Shown: piece after piece, positions 1 through 8,908 of the stretch
Numbering within the stretch: position 1 is the first letter of the stretch
Layout: every line of letters starts with the position of its first letter
From: an uncultured Balneolaceae bacterium
GTDB taxonomy: Bacteria; Bacteroidota; Rhodothermia; Balneolales; Balneolaceae
Direction of reading: 5' to 3'
Assembly: GCA_964517005.1 (NCBI GenBank)
Contig: CAZFAJ010000016.1
Location: 1-32,000 of the forward strand
DNA length: 32,000 nucleotides
Position numbers and translations under genes: made by a program
The notes under the pieces: model-generated
Databases searched by the model: none
The model's input: only the letters and a program-made list of their open reading frames with translations
What the model was told of the DNA's origin: nothing

Positions 1-29
1 TCTTTTGCCTGATACTCATGAATTTTCAT
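1..29 (-). CDS. sucC: Partial CDS (first 9 codons; the gene runs off the left edge): succinate--CoA ligase beta subunit-like N-terminus
   Basis: The reverse complement of 1-29 reads ATG AAA ATT CAT GAG TAT CAG GCA AAA GA = MKIHEYQAK(E/D). This matches the highly conserved SucC N-terminus (M-x-[IL]-HEYQ-[AG]-K). Only 9 residues are visible. Confidence 0.4.
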
Positions 30-195
30 TTTTTAAATGCAATTTTTGAATTATAAAAAGCGGGTATAATACCGGATATTCTAACAATTTTTTAGTTGGT
101 TCAATAATACCGAAACCGGAAAGCAAATAAAAGGATTCTGAACGGAATGCCAGGGATTAAATCAAAAAGTGATAATTTTAACCGTTCTCTTTTAC

Positions 196-1143
196 TTAAG
201 TCATTAGAATGTTGCCAACTTCAAATATGATTACACTTTTATCATTGCTGGTAACAGGCGTGAGAGTAAGATTTATACTCCGGCAGTATTTTTTGCAGAG
301 TGAAAGGCCCAACCCGGGCTGGCGAGCTTTATTTGTGTAAAAAGGCAAGAATAAACGATCAAAATCGGGATATTTATTTCCATTAATTCTGTTTTCAATT
401 TCAATAATTCCACTATTTTTGAACCGGATGATAACCGTATCATCTTCCAGGTTTTCGGAAGCCTGAAGAGCATTGTCAACCAGTTCTTTCAAAATATTAC
501 CGAGGAGATAAAAATCTGATGTAATGAATTTAATATTTTTGTCATAATCAATATCCAGACGGTGCATATTTGAGTGGCTGATAAATCGTTCCAGGGAATC
601 TATAAACGGATTAATTTCAAAAGTTGTGATATTGGCAGAAACCGGTTGAGCAAATTTTTCGATACGGTTCAGCAAAAGGAAAGTATCACGAAGGCCTGCA
701 TCAATCTTGCCAAGAATTTTTATCTTTGAAGATGACGTTTCCTCATCCTGAAGCATTTCCACATAACCTGAGATACCTGATAGCGGTGATCGAAGCTGAT
801 GAACAATCTGTTCAGCTATTCTTGCGTAGTGCGAAAACAGAGCCTGCTCTTTATCTCCCGGCAATATGTTAAATGTTATCTGAGTAACTGACTTTCCTGA
901 GTATTGTATTTCTTCCTTTTCGAGGCTGTAAAGAGAGTCTTTTACACTTATTATATCAAGGGCTTCAAGATTTTTATCTGTATCAAGAATAGTTTGTATT
1001 GTTCTGTTTTTAATCAAATCCTTTCCCCGGTCGAAAAGAAAACAGGCTTTTTGATTTGCATCAACTATAGCCTGACTCTCTGTTTCCACGACAAGTACGG
1101 GCTTATCTATATGTCTTATAATATCATTCAGAGACTGATCCAT
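196..1143 (-). CDS. Cytoplasmic sensor histidine kinase (N-terminal PAS-like region, HisKA, HATPase_c); no TM segments and no adjacent response regulator
   Basis: H-box 'HQLRSPLSGISGYVEMLQDE'. N-box 'LKELVDNALQAS'. G2 box 'PGLGLSLCKKY'. The N-terminal ~100 aa are PAS-like. The G1 (DxGxG) box looks degenerate ('IENRINGNK'). Confidence 0.85.
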   Translation of the reverse strand: MDQSLNDIIRHIDKPVLVVETESQAIVDANQKACFLFDRGKDLIKNRTIQTILDTDKNLEALDIISVKDSLYSLEKEEIQYSGKSVTQITFNILPGDKEQALFSHYARIAEQIVHQLRSPLSGISGYVEMLQDEETSSSKIKILGKIDAGLRDTFLLLNRIEKFAQPVSANITTFEINPFIDSLERFISHSNMHRLDIDYDKNIKFITSDFYLLGNILKELVDNALQASENLEDDTVIIRFKNSGIIEIENRINGNKYPDFDRLFLPFYTNKARQPGLGLSLCKKYCRSINLTLTPVTSNDKSVIIFEVGNILMT

Positions 1144-1600
1144 TTATCCAGAGGAAGTTATGCCTGTCTTTTTAAATCCAAAATTACAATGCACGTATAT
1201 GTATGACTGACTAATATTAAAAAGGTTTCTGGCATAGTGTTAATAATTATTTTAAACCAAATTGTTCCCGGTTCATTTTTTTTGGAGGTCAGGTTTACAG
1301 AAAACGACTTCCGGATACTACACTATAGGTATCGGCTGGAAAAAAAGATAATTAAGAATTTAACAAATATTATTTGTGATAGCTGCTTCATTCACTTCAT
1401 CAGCCGGTATTTCAATGCCCTCTTCGAAGAATATTTATGTAACAATTTTTAAGAGATGATACATGTCACATCTTTTTTCAGCAAAGTAAAAAAATGATTT
1501 TCCCGGGCAGAAGAGGAATGTTTTCCTGCAGGCGGAAAAATTTACCTCTGTAATTATTTTTTAAAAGCTCATTTCGCAAGCATTAGAAGATATTTAGAAA

Positions 1601-1615
1601 TGGCATAGCAATTGC
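1601..1615 (+). promoter_or_regulatory. Candidate sigma54 (-24/-12) promoter for the flgB operon
   Basis: TGGCAT-AGCAA-TTGC matches the consensus TGGCAC-N5-TTGC(W) with correct GG/GC spacing. It ends 33 nt upstream of the flgB ATG (1649). Confidence 0.55.
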
Positions 1616-1648
1616 CTGAACAAATGCAGTTGAAAAATAACAAATACT

Positions 1649-1999
1649 ATGAAACTGATAGATAGCACACATACGAAACTTCTTGCGAAAGCCATGGATG
1701 TATATACGCTTCGCAATAAGATAACTGCAGCTAATATATCAAACATTGACACACCTGGCTATAGAAAAGGAACTGTAAAGTTTGAAGAAGAGCTGAGCAG
1801 GAGGCTTGATTCAGGCCTGACAAGCAAAAAACAAGTGGATGATTTACATCCGGTTATCTCACAAACTGATGAAAAGCCCATAATTGAGAATGAACTGATG
1901 GAGCTTGCAGATACACAAATCAGGGTTCAAATGGTAACCCGTGCTTTGCGACACAATTTTGAACAGCTGCGGATGGGCATTATCGGCCGGGCAGGATAA
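1649..1999 (+). CDS. flgB: Flagellar basal-body rod protein FlgB
   Basis: The N-terminal rod-family motif 'AANISNIDTPGYRK', the 116 aa size and the position ahead of flgC. Confidence 0.93.
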   Translation: MKLIDSTHTKLLAKAMDVYTLRNKITAANISNIDTPGYRKGTVKFEEELSRRLDSGLTSKKQVDDLHPVISQTDEKPIIENELMELADTQIRVQMVTRALRHNFEQLRMGIIGRAG

Positions 2000-2019
2000 T
2001 TTAGAACAGGAACAGAAAC

Positions 2020-2505
2020 ATGGATCGATTCTTTTCAGTCTTTAAAACCACAGGTAATGCGTTATCCGTTCAGCGGCGACAGGTACAAATTGCATCAGAA
2101 AATATTGCGAATGCACAGACCACTCAAACCGGCCGTGGAACATACAGGCCCAAGAGATTAGAACTATCCCAGCCGGATAATGACGGCTTCCGCCGCGCGC
2201 TTCTGAATTCTGAAATGAAAATGAGAACAACAGACGTCCGTCACCGTTCAATTCCACAGGCTGAAAGAGACTATCGTGGTACTGTGGATATGGGGCCTAA
2301 GGCAGAGATGATTGAACAGGATAAATATCGATTCGAATATGACCCGATGCACCCTGATGCAGATGATAACGGGATGGTTCGCTATCCTGATATAGACCTG
2401 ATCGAGGAAATGACACGACTGATTAGTGCAAACAGACTCTATGAAGCGAATTTAAGTGCACTTGAAGCGGAAAAAGAAGTAATCAAACGATCATTTGAAA
2501 TTTAA
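2020..2505 (+). CDS. flgC: Flagellar basal-body rod protein FlgC
   Basis: 'ASENIANAQTT' at the N-terminus and 'LISANRLYEANLSALEAEKEV' at the C-terminus. These are the typical FlgC termini. Confidence 0.95.
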   Translation: MDRFFSVFKTTGNALSVQRRQVQIASENIANAQTTQTGRGTYRPKRLELSQPDNDGFRRALLNSEMKMRTTDVRHRSIPQAERDYRGTVDMGPKAEMIEQDKYRFEYDPMHPDADDNGMVRYPDIDLIEEMTRLISANRLYEANLSALEAEKEVIKRSFEI

Positions 2506-2507
2506 AA

Positions 2508-2765
2508 ATGAAGATGGATAACAGTATTAACAATATCGGGCAAAACAGCTCTCTTCTCCGGGGTTTTCAGCGGGTTTTTGACCAGCCAGCCTCATCCCGG
2601 GCAGACAAACCTGCAGGCAGGCAAGATCAAATCGATTCAGGCTTGGAACTGTCAGATAAACAGGATAAGAGGAAAACAGTTGACGTCAGGTTTTATGCAA
2701 GCAGCGGAAGTGTATCGACTGTGAATCCCGGTGATAAAGGAAATCATTTTGATATTAATATCTGA
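2508..2765 (+). CDS. Hypothetical small hydrophilic protein (85 aa) inserted between flgC and fliE; weak FlgM-like pattern
   Basis: The ATG lies 2 nt after the flgC stop, so the ORF is tightly packed in the operon. The protein is Ser/Asp/Gly/Pro/Lys-rich and probably disordered. The 'MKMDNSINNIGQ' start and the 'GLELSDKQ' segment recall FlgM, but the C-terminal sigma28-binding helices are not evident. Confidence 0.5.
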   Translation: MKMDNSINNIGQNSSLLRGFQRVFDQPASSRADKPAGRQDQIDSGLELSDKQDKRKTVDVRFYASSGSVSTVNPGDKGNHFDINI

Positions 2766-2799
2766 CATTTCGAAATATAAAATCCAGAAAGTTAAGTAA

Positions 2800-3120
2800 A
2801 TGGCACAGGAAGCAATCAATCTAATTCAATCCATTCAAAAACAGCCCGGCTCAGAAGGAATGAGTGAGCTGCGGAGGCTCCGGACTTCTGATACCGGTGA
2901 TGAGTCATTTGCAGATATGATACGGGAGGCAGTCAATTCCGTAGACCAGATGCAAAAGAGCGCCGAAAACAGTGCGGAGGCGGTGATAGCCGGCGACGAA
3001 GAGAATATACACGAGGTGATGATTTCTATGGAGAAAGCTCAGCTCAGTTTCCAGTTAATGGTCGAAATAAGAAATCGGGCTGTTGAAACCTATCAGGAAC
3101 TCAGCAGAATGCAGATTTAA
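2800..3120 (+). CDS. fliE: Flagellar hook-basal body complex protein FliE
   Basis: 'FADMIREAVNSVDQMQKSAE' and the C-terminal 'MISMEKAQLSFQLMVEIRNRAVETYQELSRMQI' are canonical FliE. Length 106 aa. Confidence 0.95.
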   Translation: MAQEAINLIQSIQKQPGSEGMSELRRLRTSDTGDESFADMIREAVNSVDQMQKSAENSAEAVIAGDEENIHEVMISMEKAQLSFQLMVEIRNRAVETYQELSRMQI

Positions 3121-3136
3121 TCTCAGAAAAATATAG

Positions 3137-4753
3137 ATGGCACGATATATAACAGCATTTAAAAACTTTTTTAGTCCGCTAAGCGGTGCCCAAAAAGCAC
3201 TATTTGGCCTATTTTCCCTTGGTATTATTTTAATTATGGGACTGATGTTCTACTGGGCACTTCAACCGAGTTATACAATACTGTTTGGTTCGCTTGCCCC
3301 CGATTCAGCAAATGAAATTGTTGAAGAACTGCAAAGCCAGGGAGTTCCGTACCAGTTACGTGATAATGGAAAGACAATTGCCGTACCAAGGAGCCAGGTA
3401 TATGATTTGCGTTTGAAATTTGCTGCTCAGGGAGTAACCGGAAGTGAATACAAGGGATATGAACTTTTCGATGAAAATTCACTGGGAATGACCGATTTTA
3501 TGCAGCGGTTAAACCAAAAACGGGCACTTGAGGGCGAGCTGGCACGAACAATCAACAATCTCGACCAGGTTGACGGATCCAGAATTCATATTGTTATGCC
3601 AGAGCGTTCACCTTTTCAGGAAACTACTGTGGAGCCCTCCTCATCTGTGATATTGAATTTAAACAGGGGCAGAAAACTTGCAAAAGATCAGATTGAAGGG
3701 ATCGGCTCTTTGATTGCAGGCAGTGTGGAAGGCCTTACCATCGATAATGTTGTGATTCTTGATCATCTTGGGAACCGGATTTCTGAAAACGTGCTTGTGA
3801 GCAGTGAAGTTTCTGCAAGCTCAGCCCAGATCCGGGTACGCCAGGATATGGAAACCTATCTCACGAATAAAGGGCAGTCTATGCTCGACCGGGTACTTGG
3901 GCCGGGAAACAGCATTCTGAGGATCTCAACAGAACATAACTTTGATAAAGTGTTAAGGGAATCTGACATTATTGACCCGGAAAGCAGAACGATTATTTCC
4001 GAAGAGCGCCGAACTACCCGGAATGCAGATGAATCGAGAGAAACCATTCGGGCGAATGAGGAGATCGAACCTTTTGTAAGAAATACCCGGGAAGATGAAT
4101 CAACAGTTCAGGTCAGAAATTACGAAGTAAACAAAACAAGAGAACAACAGGAAAAAGGAGTAGGAGAGATTACAAGAATCAGCGCATCCATCCTGCTCGA
4201 TCATAAGCCGGTTGTTGGCACAGATGAAAATAGTGACATGACCTATGAACCTTACTCAGATGACGAAATAAATGAAATTCAAAGAGTAATGAGCAGTGCA
4301 ATTGGTATAGACCCGGCAAGAGGAGATGAGGTGGTAGTTACCCAGATTCGATTTCAGGATCCTTTTGCGGATGACACGGGAACGGGCGGATGGCTGCTGC
4401 AAAATCTGCCAATTTCTGATATCGTAAGATACCTGTTTCTGTCTGTAGTAATGATTGTAATTGCAGTAATGGTTTTCAGAATGACTAAAAATTTCAGTGT
4501 TGAGCTTGATCCGCTGATAGCCGGTAATGATAATTCCGGCAAATCTCTCAAAGAAGGAGATGATAAGAAATATCTGGAAGGAGAAACAACAGAAGAACAG
4601 GATGATATTTACGGGAAAAAACTGAGTGATGAAGCAAGAAGAAAACTAAAAAGATCAACTCAGAGAACTGAAGAGATAAATAATTTTGTGGATGAAAGCG
4701 CTGCTGAGGCAGCTGCTCTATTGCGAACCATGATTAACCAGCGAACAGTATAA
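3137..4753 (+). CDS. fliF: Flagellar MS-ring protein FliF
   Basis: 538 aa with an N-terminal TM ('ALFGLFSLGIILIMGLMFYWAL') and a YscJ/FliF-like region ('LGMTDFMQRLNQKRALEGELARTI'). There is a second TM near the C-terminus, followed by an acidic tail that would bind FliG. Confidence 0.95.
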   Translation: MARYITAFKNFFSPLSGAQKALFGLFSLGIILIMGLMFYWALQPSYTILFGSLAPDSANEIVEELQSQGVPYQLRDNGKTIAVPRSQVYDLRLKFAAQGVTGSEYKGYELFDENSLGMTDFMQRLNQKRALEGELARTINNLDQVDGSRIHIVMPERSPFQETTVEPSSSVILNLNRGRKLAKDQIEGIGSLIAGSVEGLTIDNVVILDHLGNRISENVLVSSEVSASSAQIRVRQDMETYLTNKGQSMLDRVLGPGNSILRISTEHNFDKVLRESDIIDPESRTIISEERRTTRNADESRETIRANEEIEPFVRNTREDESTVQVRNYEVNKTREQQEKGVGEITRISASILLDHKPVVGTDENSDMTYEPYSDDEINEIQRVMSSAIGIDPARGDEVVVTQIRFQDPFADDTGTGGWLLQNLPISDIVRYLFLSVVMIVIAVMVFRMTKNFSVELDPLIAGNDNSGKSLKEGDDKKYLEGETTEEQDDIYGKKLSDEARRKLKRSTQRTEEINNFVDESAAEAAALLRTMINQRTV

Positions 4754-4764
4754 ATTGTATTTCA

Positions 4765-5817
4765 ATGGTAGACCAGATGTTAATGGATACTGAACAGGAT
4801 GATTTTATTGAAGATCCGAAAGATCTGACAGGTGTACAAAAAGCTGCAGTTTTTTTGATCTCTTTTGGTGTTGAAAAAGCATCAAAGGTGCTTAAAGAAT
4901 TGCGGGATCCTGAAGTTGAAAAGATCACAAAAGCTATTTCGGAAATGAAGAATATAAGTCCGCCCGTAGTGGATTCGGTAATGGATGAGTTCTACGATCT
5001 TATGTCAGAGCGGAAGTTCCTGGTTGAAGGCGGACATGATATTGCCAAAAATTTACTTGAACAGACAAAAGGTAAAAATCAGGCGGATGAAATGTTTCGT
5101 AAATTTGAAGCCGAAAGAGGGGAAGACGCGTTTAGCATCATTCAGAATAGTGAAGTTGAAAATATTGTTCACTTTTTAAAAAATGAACATCCGCAGATTG
5201 CAGCCGTAATACTGGCACATCTTAAATTGAATAAATCGGCAGAGATTTTAACCCATCTTCCGGACGATTTTCGTGGAGATGTTGCCCTTCGAATGGCACG
5301 CCTGGGGAAAATTTCCAACGAGGTAGTCGAGGAATTGTCGCACGTTATTAAAGATCAGCTGAGCAGTGAGTATACAGATCGCAACAACATTCAAAAAGGT
5401 GCTTCAGCTGTAGCCGGAATTTTGAATGAATCGGATATTTCTACTGAGCGCAGTGTGCTGGAATCGATTGAAGCCATTGATCCCGATCTTGCAAAAGAGA
5501 TTAAGGATCAGATGTTCCTCTTTGAAGATATCCTTGAGCTGGATGACAGAACCATGCAAACCATCGTATCAAAGCTTGATAAGCAGGATATGGTTACGGG
5601 TCTGAAGGGAGTTGATGAAAAAATTAAGGAAAAATTCCTTTCTAATATGTCAACCCGGGCCAAAGACATTCTTGTGGATGATCTTGAAGCCATTGGCCCC
5701 GTACATGTTAAGAAAGTAGAAGAGGCACAACAGAACATTGTGAAATCAATTAAGCAGATGGATCAGGAAGGAAAGATATCTATCCGAAATAAAGATACCG
5801 ATCAAATAATTGAGTAA
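4765..5817 (+). CDS. fliG: Flagellar motor switch protein FliG
   Basis: 'GVQKAAVFLISFG', 'EHPQIAAVILAHL', 'MFLFEDILELDDRTMQTIV' and 'MSTRAKDILVDDLEAIGPV' are all FliG hallmarks. Confidence 0.96.
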   Translation: MVDQMLMDTEQDDFIEDPKDLTGVQKAAVFLISFGVEKASKVLKELRDPEVEKITKAISEMKNISPPVVDSVMDEFYDLMSERKFLVEGGHDIAKNLLEQTKGKNQADEMFRKFEAERGEDAFSIIQNSEVENIVHFLKNEHPQIAAVILAHLKLNKSAEILTHLPDDFRGDVALRMARLGKISNEVVEELSHVIKDQLSSEYTDRNNIQKGASAVAGILNESDISTERSVLESIEAIDPDLAKEIKDQMFLFEDILELDDRTMQTIVSKLDKQDMVTGLKGVDEKIKEKFLSNMSTRAKDILVDDLEAIGPVHVKKVEEAQQNIVKSIKQMDQEGKISIRNKDTDQIIE

Positions 5818-6535
5818 GAAAATGATAGAAACAATCACAGATAACAGCAGGATACAGGGTATCAGGATTAATTACGAATCGTTATTCAGCGGACAAAACC
5901 GTGACTTTGATTCTGACGAAGGCAATACATCACGAAGTGAAGAAATTTATACTGCGGAACAGGTTAAAAATCTTATTGGGGAACATGAAAAGCAGCTGCT
6001 GGAACAGATGGAAGCTGAGCTTGAATCAGCAAAAAAAGAGGCATACAGAAAAGGGTTTGAAACCGGCCTGAATAAAGCAAAAAGTGAAATGAACAGTAGC
6101 ATTGGCTCTGTCCTAAATGCGTTGAAAAGCGTTGATGCTCATGTAGATGAACTCATGAACCAGGTTAAACCTCATATAGCGACGATGGTATTCGAGCTCG
6201 CGGAAAAAATACTTGCCCTGCCTGTAAAAAATGAGATACTTAATGAACGTGTATCAAATGAGATAGAACAGATAATCAATGATCTTGAGTCGAACACAAG
6301 GGTTACAGTAGATGTTGCGGAAAGCGATTTAAAAATTGTAGAGAGCCGGATTGAAGCCATGCCGGATTCAGACCATATAGTCCTGCGGGCTTCGGGTGAA
6401 CTGAATCCCGGTGAGTACCGGGTAGATACAAACCGGGAACAGATAGTAAAGCAATTCAGAAAAAATCTGCAGGATTTCAGAGAATCGGTAAATCTTGCGG
6501 AAATAACCGACACAGATACTGAAACGGAGTTGTAA
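5810..6535 (+). CDS. fliH: Flagellar assembly protein FliH (export ATPase regulator)
   Basis: The gene lies between fliG and fliI. It has a coiled-coil region 'LEQMEAELESAKKEAYRKGFETGLNKAKSE' and a FliH/YscL-like C-terminal half. The start is either TTG at 5810 or the in-frame ATG at 5822. Confidence 0.85.
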   Translation: MSKKMIETITDNSRIQGIRINYESLFSGQNRDFDSDEGNTSRSEEIYTAEQVKNLIGEHEKQLLEQMEAELESAKKEAYRKGFETGLNKAKSEMNSSIGSVLNALKSVDAHVDELMNQVKPHIATMVFELAEKILALPVKNEILNERVSNEIEQIINDLESNTRVTVDVAESDLKIVESRIEAMPDSDHIVLRASGELNPGEYRVDTNREQIVKQFRKNLQDFRESVNLAEITDTDTETEL

Positions 6536-7875
6536 TGCTGCTAACCTATATCCATGAAATATCAGATCGTATGAATGAGCTTTCGCCGGATGCAAAACGG
6601 TTTGGGAAAGTATCATCCGTCATCGGGACTGTTATAGAGGCAACAGGCCTTCGGGCATCCGTGGGAGAATTGCACACGATTCATACGGAATCGGGCTATA
6701 AGATAAGAGCAGAAGTTGTAGGTATAAAAAATAATAGAACCTTATTAATGCCGCTTGACCGCGTTGAGGGGATAAAAGGCGGTTGCCTTGTAGAACCTAC
6801 CCCTGGTTCACTGAGTATTAAAGTATCTGATGCCCTGCTTGGGCGTGTGATTGATGCAAACGGCACCCCGATCGACGGAAAAGGGCCTGTTACTCAAAGT
6901 GTTGATTTTCCGGTGCACAATGATCCTCCGGGACCGCTTGAAAGAAAAAATATTGATACCGTTATGACAACCGGCATCCGGGCAATTGATGCGTTCATAA
7001 CAGCAGGAGAAGGACAGAGAATGGGTATTTTTGCCGGATCAGGTGTCGGAAAAAGTACTTTAATGGGTATGATTGCCAAAGAGGCATCTGCTGATGTAAA
7101 TGTGATTGCTATGATTGGTGAGCGTGGCCGTGAAGTGAAGGAGTTTATCGAAGATATACTGGGCGAAGAGGGATTGAAGAAATCCGTAGTGGTTGCCACA
7201 ACATCAGATAAAGCGGCAATGAGCAGAGTGAAAGCTGCCTATACAGCCTCAGCTGTTGCTGAGTACTTCAGAGATTCAGGTAAAAATGTATTGCTTATGA
7301 TGGACTCGGTAACCAGGGTTGCGATGGCCCAGCGTGAGATCGGGCTGGCTTCCGGTGAACCTCCTACAACAAAAGGATATACTCCCAGTGTATTTGCAAT
7401 GTTACCGAAACTCTTAGAGCGTGCGGGAAGGACAAAAAAAGGCAGTATAACCGGCCTTTATACAGTACTTGTCGATAATGACGACATGAACGAACCCATA
7501 GCTGATGCGGTAAGATCTATTTTGGACGGCCACATTGTACTATCCCGGAAAATGGCTCACAAAAATCACTACCCTGCCATTGATGTACTCTCAAGTGTGT
7601 CGAGAATCATGACACAGGTTGTGGAACCTGAGCATCTGCAACTATCACAGAAAGCAAGAGAGTTGCTCGCCATCTATGCTGAGGCAGAAGATCTGATCAG
7701 TATAGGCGCATACACGAAAGGATCGAATCCGGGTATTGATGAAGCTGTAAGTAAAATTGATGATCTCAATAAATTTTTAAAACAGAATACCGGCGATGCT
7801 GAAGAGGATGACCTGTGGAAAATGCTGAGTCACATTGTGAGCAGTGTATCTGAAAAATCAAAAAGCGGCAACTAA
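6535..7875 (+). CDS. fliI: Flagellum-specific export ATPase FliI
   Basis: Walker A 'GIFAGSGVGKSTLMGMI' and Walker B 'VLLMMDSVTR'. The fold is F1/T3SS-ATPase-like. The start overlaps the fliH stop (TAATG). Confidence 0.97.
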   Translation: MLLTYIHEISDRMNELSPDAKRFGKVSSVIGTVIEATGLRASVGELHTIHTESGYKIRAEVVGIKNNRTLLMPLDRVEGIKGGCLVEPTPGSLSIKVSDALLGRVIDANGTPIDGKGPVTQSVDFPVHNDPPGPLERKNIDTVMTTGIRAIDAFITAGEGQRMGIFAGSGVGKSTLMGMIAKEASADVNVIAMIGERGREVKEFIEDILGEEGLKKSVVVATTSDKAAMSRVKAAYTASAVAEYFRDSGKNVLLMMDSVTRVAMAQREIGLASGEPPTTKGYTPSVFAMLPKLLERAGRTKKGSITGLYTVLVDNDDMNEPIADAVRSILDGHIVLSRKMAHKNHYPAIDVLSSVSRIMTQVVEPEHLQLSQKARELLAIYAEAEDLISIGAYTKGSNPGIDEAVSKIDDLNKFLKQNTGDAEEDDLWKMLSHIVSSVSEKSKSGN

Positions 7876-7886
7876 ATCATTTTTGC

Positions 7887-8330
7887 ATGTTTAAATTTAA
7901 ACTACAATCAGTTCTGAATGTCCGTCTCTATAATGAGAAAACGGAAAAACAGAATCTTTCGCAGCTTTTTACAGAACGAAATAATCTGATTAGCGAGATG
8001 GAACTGAAAGCCCGGCAAATCAAGGGATTTTCCGAAAACCAGGCCGGTGCGCATGAAAGTAAAAACGTCCGGGAGAAATTGGTCCAGGAATTTTTACTGT
8101 CACAATTAAAGGAAATATGGGAACTGGAAAAAACACTAAGAATAAAGAATAGTCAGATCGAACAACAGCGGGAAAAGTTAATTGAAGCGAATAAGGAGGT
8201 TCAGATTCTTGAAAAACTTAAACAAAAAGCATTAGTAGAGCACCTCAGAGAAGAAGAACGAAAGGATCAGAATTTTCAGAATGAAGTGGCAACACAAATG
8301 TTTTATAAACCACAGGAAGAATGGATTTAA
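7887..8330 (+). CDS. fliJ: Flagellar export chaperone/stalk protein FliJ
   Basis: 147 aa, all coiled-coil. The N-terminus 'FKFKLQSVLNVR' is typical of FliJ, and the gene sits directly after fliI. Confidence 0.85.
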   Translation: MFKFKLQSVLNVRLYNEKTEKQNLSQLFTERNNLISEMELKARQIKGFSENQAGAHESKNVREKLVQEFLLSQLKEIWELEKTLRIKNSQIEQQREKLIEANKEVQILEKLKQKALVEHLREEERKDQNFQNEVATQMFYKPQEEWI

Positions 8331-8908
8331 AAAAGATTGGTATATCTGTAGGGATTCTTGCAGGATCATTTTTGGTGATTCTTATCATTATGTATCTGCT
8401 GTTTCCGGTATTGAATCCGGGGGAGGCCGAAAAGCAGGAATTGGCAATGGCTGAAGAGCAATCCGAAAATCAACTGAATCGAATCAGTGAAACAGTGAAT
8501 AGTGAAAACGAATACTCAGCAGATGTTGCACCTGGCATAACAGAAGATGTTAACAACGATTCAATAAGCCTGGCGGAACCTGATGTGCTTTCTCAGAATG
8601 ATATGAGTATTGATGAAAAGAGGTATATCGAACAAATTGATTCACTGAAGCAGGTGGTGGAAAATTTAAAAAAGGAACATGAACTGGAGTTGCAGGAAGT
8701 CACAAATGTTCAATTCGAAGAACAAGTGCAGGAAACAACCAAAACCCTTCTCAGTATGGATGAAGATGCACTGGCGCCAATCGTAAATGAATTGGAAGAA
8801 CCGATTCTTATAAAATTATATAACACGGCAACCGGCATGCAAAAGCGAAAATTACTTCAGTCATTAGAACCTGAAAAGGCATCCAGAATTTTAAAATTAG
8901 TTATGTGA
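8321..8908 (+). CDS. Flagellar-operon membrane protein with C-terminal MgtE_N-like domain (YlxF/FlbB/MotE-like)
   Basis: N-terminal TM 'ISVGILAGSFLVILIIMYLLF', then a coiled coil. The C-terminus 'MDEDALAPIVNELEEPILIKLYNTATGMQKRKLLQSLEPEKASRIL' resembles the MgtE_N repeat. The fliJ-X-fliK position is the same as B. subtilis ylxF. Confidence 0.6.
   Translation: MDLKKIGISVGILAGSFLVILIIMYLLFPVLNPGEAEKQELAMAEEQSENQLNRISETVNSENEYSADVAPGITEDVNNDSISLAEPDVLSQNDMSIDEKRYIEQIDSLKQVVENLKKEHELELQEVTNVQFEEQVQETTKTLLSMDEDALAPIVNELEEPILIKLYNTATGMQKRKLLQSLEPEKASRILKLVM

Noticed and set aside
1360-1431. A minus-strand fragment reading FFEEGIEIPADEVNEAAITNNIC*, faintly reminiscent of an acyl-carrier-protein helix II/III region.
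   Set aside because: Only about 24 codons are open, with an in-frame TAA two codons upstream and no start codon. The resemblance is too short to support even a pseudogene call.
1237-1452. A 71 aa GTG-initiated ORF in the kinase-flgB intergenic region.
   Set aside because: It has no SD and an Ile/Phe/Asn-rich, implausible sequence. It lies in AT-rich promoter DNA. I treat the region as regulatory.
1981-2010. A perfect GCCGATAA (sigma28 -10) on the minus strand inside the 3' end of flgB, with a CTAAAT upstream.
   Set aside because: The spacing between TAAA and the -10 is 12 nt rather than 15. It would drive antisense transcription through flgB, so it is probably a chance match.
2799-3150. TGGCAC motifs at the fliE (2800) and fliF (3137) start codons that look like sigma54 -24 boxes.
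   Set aside because: They are simply ATG-GCA-C(A/G) codons (Met-Ala). No TTGC -12 element occurs at N5 spacing.
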